64,000 bases of DNA from Phycisphaerales bacterium (GTDB lineage: Bacteria; Planctomycetota; Phycisphaerae; Phycisphaerales; UBA1924): assembly GCA_026982335.1 (NCBI GenBank), contig JALSHH010000044.1:85-64084 (forward strand), in the 5' to 3' direction. The position numbers and the translations under genes were made by a program. The first letter of the stretch is position 1; each line of letters begins with the position of its first letter. This document shows, one piece after another, positions 37,209-45,970 of this stretch. The notes beneath the pieces were generated by a model. That model saw only the letters and a program-made list of their open reading frames with translations, did not search any database and had not been told where the DNA came from.

Positions 37209-38319
37209 TTACCCTCTTTCTGCCCGCTTGCGTTTGAGTTCAGCATCAATAAACTGATCGAGCTCCCCACGATCAAGCACATTGGTCGGGTTGGCTTCGA
37301 CATTGGTGCGGTGATCCTTCACGCGGTTGTCGTAGAGCACATAGCTGCGAATTTGTGCACCCCATCCACGATGTTCGAGCTTGCCGCCCGCAGCCTCGGC
37401 GATGTCGGCAGCCCGTTTTTCTTCTGCCATCTGCTCGAGCTTGGCGGTCAGGATCGCCATCGCCTGCCTACGGTTCTGCTGCTGCTCGCGATGGGTCGAT
37501 GCCAGAATCATGATCCCCGTGGGCTTATGCACCAAGCGCACCGCCGAGGCGACCTTGTTCACATTCTGACCGCCGGGCCCAGATGATCGCGCAAAACAAC
37601 TGATCTCCAAATCCGAATCAGGAATATCAACCTCCGCCTCTTCAAACTCGGGTGTCACATCAACAGTCGCAAAGCTCGTTTGGCGCTTGCCCTGTGCATT
37701 GAAAGGCGACACCCGCGCCAGCCGATGTGTCCCGCGTTCGCAACATAAATACCCAAAGGCGTAAGGACCTTGCACATGCAGCGTGACGGAATCGAGCCCG
37801 ACTTCTGAGCCGTATGATTTCTCGACTTCTTCAACCTTCCACCCTTGGTTCTCGAAGAAGTAGAGATACATCCGAAAGAGCATCTCGCACCAATCGTTGG
37901 CTTCAGTCCCACCATCGCCAGCCGAGATGGTGAAGAAGCAATCCTTAGTATCGTGTTTACCCGAGAGCAATGATTGCGTTTCGATCTTGTCCATCCGCTT
38001 CATGAGTTGAAAAAGTTGTTCGTCGGCTTCTTCGAGCAACTCGGCGTCGTTCTCCTCCCGACTCATTTCGTAGGCGACCTGGGCATCTTCAAATTCTTCA
38101 TAGACCGCTTTGATTGGGTCAGTCTGGGCTTTGATGAGTTTTAACTCGGCGATGGTCTTTTTGGCTTCTTCCTGGCTGTTCCAGAAATCCGCTCCGCCCA
38201 TCATTGCTTCGAGTTCTTGAAGTCGCGTTCGTTTGTTTTCATAGTCAAAGAGACTCACGGATCGTTAAAATCCGCGCCTCAAGCTCGCTGATCACATTGT
38301 GATGTGCTTCAAAATGCAT
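37209..38319 (-). CDS. prfB: Peptide chain release factor 2, expressed via programmed +1 frameshift
   Basis: Frame 0 reads ATG 38319 ... MHFEAHHNVISELEARILTIRESL then TGA. The +1 frame continues DYENKRTRLQELE... through the SPF-region and GGQ motif (SSGPGGQNVNK) to 37209. Confidence 0.95.
38244..38250 (-). promoter_or_regulatory. prfB: prfB +1 frameshift site CTT TGA C
   Basis: Plus-strand GTCAAAG is CTTTGAC on the coding strand, identical to the canonical RF2 autoregulatory recoding site. Confidence 0.9.
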
Positions 38320-38404
38320 GACTGCTCCTCTGCCCGCTCATCGGGCGAAATCTTGGGTATCACTTTAGCATCCACAAGCCAACTTTGCCCGTACAATACT
38401 CGAA

Positions 38405-38686
38405 ATGATCCATCCACTCTCCATCATCGGGCTCACCATCGCGCAGGCCGCTTCTGATCCAATCCCCCAAGAAGCCTACCGCCGAGCGTCTTCGCTGACC
38501 TTGATGCTCGCGATCTTAGGTGTGGTGATGATAACCACACTTTTGATGATCGTGACCCTCCGTCGATCCCGCCGCCGAAAGGACACCCTACCCAAGCCCA
38601 AGCCCACCGAGCATGTCGATGTCTGGGCCGAATCGGGCCGACGCTTTGACTCCTCGATCACAGAGATTGATCCCAACGACGAATAA
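38405..38686 (+). CDS. Hypothetical small membrane protein
   Basis: 93-aa ORF with a signal-like start, one TM helix and an Arg-rich stop-transfer segment. Confidence 0.4.
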   Translation: MIHPLSIIGLTIAQAASDPIPQEAYRRASSLTLMLAILGVVMITTLLMIVTLRRSRRRKDTLPKPKPTEHVDVWAESGRRFDSSITEIDPNDE

Positions 38687-38739
38687 CTGCACAAATAAAA
38701 CGGGCTGAAAAACCTGTTCTACTACCTGCGAGAAGATCA

Positions 38740-39825
38740 TCAAGGCAGCGATTCCACCCACGACTGTGCCTGGACATACCCGAGTCTCTGTGCCTTCTTC
38801 GCCCACTCGATTGCCTCTGCCCGCTCGTCTGCTCGCTCGAGCCACAACGCCACCTCGAAAGCCAGTTTTGCATCCTTTGGATGCTTGATCGCCACATCCA
38901 TCAGTCGGCTCGCCGCATCACCCGGGCGACCGAGCATCCCGGAACACTCGGCCATGATGTATGCGGTTTCGGGTATGTCGAGTTCATCTTGATTCAATGA
39001 TGCGAGCAGATTGATGGCTTCCTCGGGCTCGCCGAGCCGTTTGAGCACTCGGGCTTCTTGAAGCACCCATGCCAAAGCCTGAGGCTCGATCTGCCGGGCC
39101 TTGCGGATCTGCTCGAGTGCGATCCTCGATTTATTCTCCCGCATCGCCACATCCGATCGCATCACATAAATCTGCGCCCGATCCGGTGCCAATCGCTCCG
39201 CCAAAGCCAAATTCACCTTTGCCTCATCGAACCGATTGAGTTTCATCTGAATCGCTGCGAGGTAGATCGGTGTATCGGGATTCGATGGATCCATCCGCAT
39301 CGCTGCGCTGTAGTGTGCCTCGGCGAGCTCGACCTGATCGAGCATATTGGCCAAGGTCCCAGCAGTAAACTCTATCGCCGCTGTACTTGGACCGATCTCG
39401 ATGGCAGCAATGTATTGGTTGTACGCATCACGATGCCGATTTTGAAGCATATAGAGATCACCAAGCGCCAAACGAAGCTCTTGGTCGCTCGGATACTGGG
39501 CAGCTGCATGTTCGAGCACGGTCGTCGCCTGTGGATATTGCTCATTGCGCACATACACCTGCACCGCACCAAGAATCTCCTCGATCGACTCGGTCTGCGC
39601 GATCTCCCCATTTTGGGCTCCTTCCCCCGCACCAAGGACTCCCGAGCGTGCCCCATCTAATGATTGGATAGGCGATTGAGTCAGTGTCCAAAGCGCATAC
39701 CCGGCCACACACAGAGCCACCAACGCCCCAATCCCCAAGAGCACCCCCGAAAGCTTCGCATTGCCCGCCCGCAAGGCATACAAACGGGCCGGATTCTTTG
39801 TGTTTGATCGTTCTTCCATACACAC
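38740..39825 (-). CDS. TPR-repeat protein with N-terminal membrane anchor
   Basis: One TM helix (VLLGIGALVALCVAGYALW) followed by repeated 34-residue A/Y/L-pattern TPR units. Confidence 0.75.
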   Translation of the reverse strand: MCMEERSNTKNPARLYALRAGNAKLSGVLLGIGALVALCVAGYALWTLTQSPIQSLDGARSGVLGAGEGAQNGEIAQTESIEEILGAVQVYVRNEQYPQATTVLEHAAAQYPSDQELRLALGDLYMLQNRHRDAYNQYIAAIEIGPSTAAIEFTAGTLANMLDQVELAEAHYSAAMRMDPSNPDTPIYLAAIQMKLNRFDEAKVNLALAERLAPDRAQIYVMRSDVAMRENKSRIALEQIRKARQIEPQALAWVLQEARVLKRLGEPEEAINLLASLNQDELDIPETAYIMAECSGMLGRPGDAASRLMDVAIKHPKDAKLAFEVALWLERADERAEAIEWAKKAQRLGYVQAQSWVESLP

Positions 39826-39888
39826 ACGATATCGGCTACGCGTACACTTAGGAACAACGAATCGACCGATTTATGCAAGGATGATGCG

Positions 39889-42800
39889 ATGACCACGGAC
39901 GCCCCCCAACCCGCTGCCAAATCACCTGCCAAAGACCCCATGAGCAAGTCCTACGCCCCGGCAGACCACGAAGCCCGGATCTGGGATACATGGATCGCAG
40001 CCAACGCCTTCCACGCTGATCCAAACCGCGTTCTCTCAGGCGAAGCCTTACCTTACTGCATCCTCATCCCTCCACCCAATGTAACCGCTGCCCTGCATTT
40101 GGGGCACGCCTTGAACAACTCGATTCAGGACATCCTCATCCGCGCCCATCGCATGAAAGGCTACGAAACCCTCTGGATGCCTGGCACCGACCACGCCGGC
40201 ATCGCCACCCAGACCATGGTGGATAAAAAACTCAAAGAAGAAGGCAAACCCGGTATCGCCGACTACAAAAAAATGGAGCTCGAAGGCAAAACTGATTCGG
40301 ACGGAAAGTCTGGGCGAGAGCAGTTCCTCAAACTCGTCGACAACTTCAGGGATGAATACGAAGCCCGCATCACCCATCAACTCCAAAAAATGGGATGCTC
40401 GTGCGACTGGAAACGCCAACGCTTCACCATGGACGACATCTGCGCCCGCGCCGTCCGCGAGGCCTTCTTTCAACTCTTCAAAGACGGGCTCATCTACCGC
40501 GGCAAGCGCCTCGTCAACTGGGACCCCGTGACCCAAACCGCACTGGCGGACGACGAAGTCGAGATGGAAGAAATCGAAGGATATTTCTATTACCTCCGCT
40601 ACCCACTCGTCCAAGACAATCCAGAAGACCCCACGATCCCCGTCACTTGGGAGCAGCTTGTCACACGCGGCTACCCCGATGCTGAAAACCACCCCGAGGA
40701 CGAACAAGCCTGGATCACCGTCGCCACCACCCGCCCTGAAACCTACATGGGTGACACCGCCGTGGCCATCAATCCCAAAGACCCTCGCGCCCCAGCGGTG
40801 CGAGGCTTCAAAATCATGCTCCCACTGGTCGGACGCATCATCCCAATCATTGAAGACGACTATGTCGTCCTCCCCGTCAAATACGGCGGCCAGCCTGGCG
40901 ATACCAAGGCAGAAATGTCCACCGGATTCCTCAAAGTCACTCCGGCCCACGACCAGAACGACTGGATGATCGGACAACGCCACAACCTCGACCCCATCAA
41001 CATCATGGCTCCCGACGCGTCCATCTCCGATCAGCACGGGTGGGAAGACATCGGTGACGCCCACATCTTCGTTGGCAAATCCCGCGAGGAGGCTCGCGAG
41101 TTGGTCATCAAAGAGTTCAAATCTCGAAGTGTCGCCGAAGGTTCCGAAGGCTCACTGCTCGAGAAAATAGTCCCCTACACCCACAGTGTCGGTCATTCGT
41201 ATCGCAGCCACGCCGCCGTCGAGCCGTACTTGAGTGACCAGTGGTACTGCAAAGTGAGCGACGACAAACTCCGAGGCAACGCCCAACGCGCATTGGTTCC
41301 CGAGCAACGGACGAACGCTTCGATAGAAGCGTGGCGCGAATCCGCTCCCTCTTCTCCCGGTAGAACGGGCTTCCAGCCCGTTTCTTCAGTTTCCTCTCCA
41401 TCAACCCCCATCCCCAACAAACTCTCCATCCACAGCCGAAACCTCCCCCACTGGCAACTCGGAAGCAGCACCTACTTCGTCACCTTCCGCGCCAAAGAAG
41501 GAACCATAAGCGAGCACGAACGATCACTCGTCCTCGATGCTTGTTTCCATTTTGACAACGACCGAGCCATCGTCCGCCTCGTCACCGTCATGCCCGATCA
41601 TGTCCACATGCTCATTACTCCAAGAAAACTCGGCGAAAATGAGTGGTATCCACTCCAAGACATCATCCACAGCATCAAGAGCTTCACCGCGAATGAAATC
41701 AATCGGAGCAGGAAAGATTCTGGAGCCTTCTGGCAAGCGGAATACTTCGATCGCATTGTGCGTGATGAAGATGAGTTTGAAGAGAAATGGAACTACATGC
41801 TCAACAACCCGGTGAAGGCAGGACTCTGCAAACAACCCGGTGAGTATGTGTGGACACGAAAAGGAGAAAATCAAATAAGAAACGGGCTGGAAGCCTGTTC
41901 TACCGGGGAATCGACCGATGGCACCATGTCCTTCTTCCCCGCCCGCTACGCCAAAACCTACGAAACCTGGCACGACAACCTCCGAGACTGGTGCATCAGC
42001 CGACAACTCTGGTGGGGACATCGGATTCCGGTTTGGAATGGTTCCGTTGGTGGATCTGTCGAAAAACTTGATCGATTTGAATCCACCATGGTTAAGTGGT
42101 GGCGAGAAGGCAAACTAACTTCCCAACTTACGATTGACCCAACCGATCCAAATCCACCACTGAGCAACGATGGAAAACCATTAATTGGGCAAGAGATCGC
42201 TGTTTGCGTTAGGAATCAGAACGACAGTGAAATCATTGAGTTCTTAGAGGAGTACGGCTTTACTCAAGACCCCGATGTCCTCGACACCTGGTTCTCCTCC
42301 GCGCTCTGGCCGCTCTCGACCATGGGCTGGCCAGACGCAACCGCAGCCAAAGCCTCCACCGGCATCGAAGATTTCGAGTCCATGCTCGAAGCCTTCAACC
42401 CGAGTTCCGTGTTGACCACGGCGCGTGAGATCATCACGCTATGGGTGTCGCGGATGACGATGTTCAATCGGTACTTTCTCAGTGAAGATTCCCAACAAAC
42501 CGACTCCCAACGAGCCGCGACCGTAAGGGAGCGATCTTCGAGTTCTCTCGCATCTCAGGAAGAAAAGACCACTTGCTCACACGCGAAGCTCATTGGCCCT
42601 GCCCCCTTCAAAGATGTCTTCATCCACGCCATGATCCAAGACGGCGAAGGACGCAAGATGTCCAAGTCGCTGGGCAACGGTGTCGACCCCCTCGACATCA
42701 TCCACTCCCACGGCGCCGACGCCATGCGATTCACGCTCTGCCAAATGACCACGCAGACCCAAGATGTCCGCATGCCTGTCGTCTGCGATGAGGAAACAGG

Positions 42801-43776
42801 AAAAAATACCTCACCTAAGTTTGATCTGGGACGCAACCTGTGCAACAAACTCTGGAACGCTGCCAAGTTCTCGATGATGATGCTCGAAAAGAACCCGATC
42901 GAGCAAGGGCCACCAATTGATCCACAAGAGTTGACCTTGATTGACCGGTGGATGCTCTCGCGTGTGGTCGATGCGACCAACAAAATCAACACCGCCCAAT
43001 GCAACTACATGTTCAAGGATTACGCCGACACTTTGTACGATTTGTTCTGGCGAGATTTCTGTGATTGGTACCTCGAGTCGATCAAGCCAACCATCGCCGA
43101 CGATCCAAACCAGCGGGCAGTGTTGAGGATCGTTTTCGAATCCATCCTCCGCCTCATGCACCCGGTCATGCCCTTCATCACCGAGACCCTGAGCGAACGC
43201 TTCGCAGATATTCCGATGAACGAGATCATGGGGTTTGGCTTTGCACCGACCAAATCAAACCAGACCCTTTGTCAGTCCGGTTGGCCTGAGCCTGATGATG
43301 AGTTGCGCGATGAGGTCGCTGAAGAGGCCTACGAGCGGATTCGTTCGTTGGTCTCGACCATCCGCGAGGTTCGTGCTCAATCACAGGTCGCGCCCAAGCG
43401 TCGGATTGTTCTGCACGCATCGGGACCACTCGCTGAGGATATCGCTCGGTGGTCGCCTTTGATCGAAACCCTCGCCGGCGTCGAATCGGTCACCGGCGAT
43501 GAACCCGCAAGCCCATCGGCAAGCTTCACCTTTGAAGGCTGCGAATACCAGCTCTCGAATCTCGCCGACGCACTCGATGCCCGAGCCGAAAAAGATCGGC
43601 TCGAAAAAGAACTCGCTTCGATCGAAAAATCAATCAAAGGCATCCAAGGGCGACTCGCCAACCCAGGCTACACCGAAAAAGCCCCCGCCCACCTCGTCCA
43701 ACAGACCCGCGATCAGCTCGCACAACTCGAGAAAGACCGCAACGCGACCCAATCTGCATTGGATAAACTCCGATGA
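39889..43776 (+). CDS. valS: Valyl-tRNA synthetase carrying two in-frame mobile-DNA insertions
   Basis: [14 protein letters not shown] (HIGH), CP1 editing domain, [32 protein letters not shown] and a C-terminal coiled coil. It is 1295 aa versus 951 aa for E. coli ValRS. Confidence 0.95.
   Translation: [1295 protein letters not shown]
41357..41906 (+). mobile_element. IS200/RAYT-type Y1 (HUH) transposase module flanked by hairpin inverted repeats, in frame within valS
   Basis: Left repeat is CCGGTAGAACGGGCTTCCAGCCCGTTTCT (41357-41385) and right repeat is AGAAACGGGCTGGAAGCCTGTTCTACCGG (41878-41906), 28 of 29 complementary. Between them lie [41 protein letters not shown] and [13 protein letters not shown]. 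Confidence 0.85.
42509..42592 (+). repeat. Decayed copy of the 19418..19497 palindromic element, in frame within valS
   Basis: AACGAGCCGCGACCGTAAGGGAGCGATCTT (42509-42538) matches the intergenic left arm 29/30. The following AGAAAAG..AGACC... is a degenerate right arm. It encodes ...[25 protein letters not shown]... between the MTMFNRYF and [11 protein letters not shown] segments. Confidence 0.8.
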
Positions 43777-44825
43777 TTCCTCGGGCACTCGCTCTCGGGT
43801 TTGCAATCGCCTCGCTCACGGGGTGTTCGTCTGTGCCCACGCGCCACGCCGAGCCGGGCTTCAATCCTATCGCCAATCCCAGCACCGATGTTCGCCGATT
43901 CGTCGCCGACCGTCAGCTTTGGACATTCAAAGGCGACAAGGGCTGGGCGTACTACACACCCAACTCGATCATCCGCACCACCTCGACCGATCGCAAAATT
44001 CTCGAACGATTGCCCTCGTTCGTCGAACTCTCGATCCTGCACTACCAATCCGATCTCACCCGCCTGCCTCGCCCGAGTCAGCCCATCGAAACCTACTTCT
44101 TTGACACCCGCAACCAATGGGAAACCCTCACCCGCTCGCTGATGGGCGATCGCGCGAGTGTCTACCTCTCGATCGAGCGAGGTGGTTACTCGGCCAAGCA
44201 GATCGGCGTCTTCTACGACATCGGCCCGAAAGATTCATTCGTCATCTGCGCCCACGAAGGCTGGCACCAATACAGCCACTCGACCTTCAAAGATCCCATG
44301 CCCGTCTGGCTCGACGAGGGCGTCGCGTGCATGATGGAAGGATTCAAATGGGACGAGCAGTTCCCCGACCATCCACGGTTCCTCCCCTGGGCCAACATCG
44401 AACGCTTCGATCAGCTCCGCAGCGCATACAAAGCCGACACCCTGATGCCGGTCCATTCACTGCTGACGCTGCGTCCCCAAGACCTGATGATCGCCTCAAC
44501 GGATAAACCTGCCGCGCTGACCTACTACGCGCAGGTCTGGGCCTTGATCCATTTCCTCAACGAAGGACAAGACGGGCGCTATCAATCAGCACTTCATCAA
44601 CTCCTCAGAGATACTGCTTCGGGTGCGTTTCGATCCAAACTCGGCAAGCATGATCTCCGCCAGTTCAATACCCGACGCACGGGCCCGGCAACGCTCTTGA
44701 ACTATCTCCCACCGGGCACCACCCTTGGCCAACTTGATCGCCAATACCAGCAGTTCATCGCCCAGATCGTTCGCGTGGGCTCACGCAACCGGATCGTCAT
44801 GGGGCAATCGCCGATCACACGATAA
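43773..44825 (+). CDS. DUF1570-like lipoprotein with HExxH motif
   Basis: Lipobox SLTGC, CAHEGWHQY (HExxH) and overall likeness to planctomycetal DUF1570 proteins. The start overlaps the valS stop (ATGA). Confidence 0.7.
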   Translation: MIPRALALGFAIASLTGCSSVPTRHAEPGFNPIANPSTDVRRFVADRQLWTFKGDKGWAYYTPNSIIRTTSTDRKILERLPSFVELSILHYQSDLTRLPRPSQPIETYFFDTRNQWETLTRSLMGDRASVYLSIERGGYSAKQIGVFYDIGPKDSFVICAHEGWHQYSHSTFKDPMPVWLDEGVACMMEGFKWDEQFPDHPRFLPWANIERFDQLRSAYKADTLMPVHSLLTLRPQDLMIASTDKPAALTYYAQVWALIHFLNEGQDGRYQSALHQLLRDTASGAFRSKLGKHDLRQFNTRRTGPATLLNYLPPGTTLGQLDRQYQQFIAQIVRVGSRNRIVMGQSPITR

Positions 44826-44926
44826 TCATCAAATTCAAAAAGAACACACCCGAACCTCTGCCCGGGTGTGATTCGTCGTTTTGTTTTTCAGCCGTTGGTC
44901 TTTCAACCGTTTGGCTTACGATTCAC

Positions 44927-45643
44927 TCAGCGGCGACGACGCAACGCGACCAATCCGCCAAGCCCGAGCAATGCTGCTGAGCCTGGTGCGGGGATAATCG
45001 TGTATGAAAGGTACTGACCTGACATGGACTGGTTAGGCCAATCGTCGGTCGAGGCATCTTGTCGACTCAAGTGATCGACCCCCGGGTCGAATCCGCCGCC
45101 GGTGGAAACAACATCAAAGAGGATAACATCGCCGACCCCGACACCCAATGCCGAAAGTGAAACCGCGATGCGTTGTACACCTGCTGCGTGATTCGCATCA
45201 TCACCCATGATTTCAGTTCCGGCAAGGTAAGTTGCATCGGTCAAATTCCATGCAGCCCCGTCCCATGCGTGAAGCTCGGCCCCCACACCGGTCCCACCAT
45301 CGTCAGCCCATGAGCCAACAAAATCGGTCATGCCTGACCCCCAATCAATGTTGCGTCCCCAAGCATCCGTATTGGTGCCTGCAACACGACCAGTATCCAT
45401 CCCGATAAGGTACTTACCCCAAGTTGTTGCATCAAGATCCCCAACCATCGTGATATCGAAGTAGATGAAGTTGGCGTCATTGGTGACCTCAACTTGAGCA
45501 ATGTCAAGATGCTCAAAACCAGCAAAGGCAGATGCAATATCGCCCCCATCATTGACCATCCCGGTGCTATCCGTGTAGATGTCCGCTTGGGCAACACCCG
45601 TGATCATTCCAAGAGCAGCAACCGTCATCAGTGTCTTTCTCAT
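44927..45643 (-). CDS. PEP-CTERM-anchored secreted protein
   Basis: Signal peptide ending GVAQA and C-terminus IPAPGSAALLGLGGLVALRRRR. Confidence 0.85.
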   Translation of the reverse strand: MRKTLMTVAALGMITGVAQADIYTDSTGMVNDGGDIASAFAGFEHLDIAQVEVTNDANFIYFDITMVGDLDATTWGKYLIGMDTGRVAGTNTDAWGRNIDWGSGMTDFVGSWADDGGTGVGAELHAWDGAAWNLTDATYLAGTEIMGDDANHAAGVQRIAVSLSALGVGVGDVILFDVVSTGGGFDPGVDHLSRQDASTDDWPNQSMSGQYLSYTIIPAPGSAALLGLGGLVALRRRR

Positions 45644-45970
45644 CTCTCATTCTCCGTGTAAAGCTTCGCATTGTGTGCGATTTGCAAAGGCGCTTTCTTC
45701 ACAGATTCACCCAAATGAATCTGCTCTCCAACGAAAAGGATACACGAAACTTGTTTCCCAAACAATGCGGAAGTGGATCAGATTTGCCAAATTCCACCCA
45801 TTCATTCAAGCTTTCTTCCACAAAACCTTTCCTGATAAGGTTTTGTTTGCGTCGTTGTCTGTGTGTCCTCTCAGAACCTTACTCCCATGCCCCATAAATC
45901 GAGCAGGGTATGCAAAACACCCGGTTTCCCGGGTGTGAAACACGATCTAAAAGATTTCGCTCAAAGCCTC

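Noticed and set aside
40048-41064. 338-aa minus-strand ORF inside valS (and 41524..42021 inside the insertion)
   Set aside because: It is antisense to clear ValRS and transposase coding sequence. It has no motifs of its own.
41300-41920. Intein as the explanation for the valS insertion
   Set aside because: There is no Cys/Ser/Thr-initiated block A at the upstream junction, no terminal His-Asn followed by Cys/Ser/Thr, and no LAGLIDADG or HNH motifs. The motifs present are HUH/Y1 transposase motifs, and the DNA has terminal inverted hairpins.
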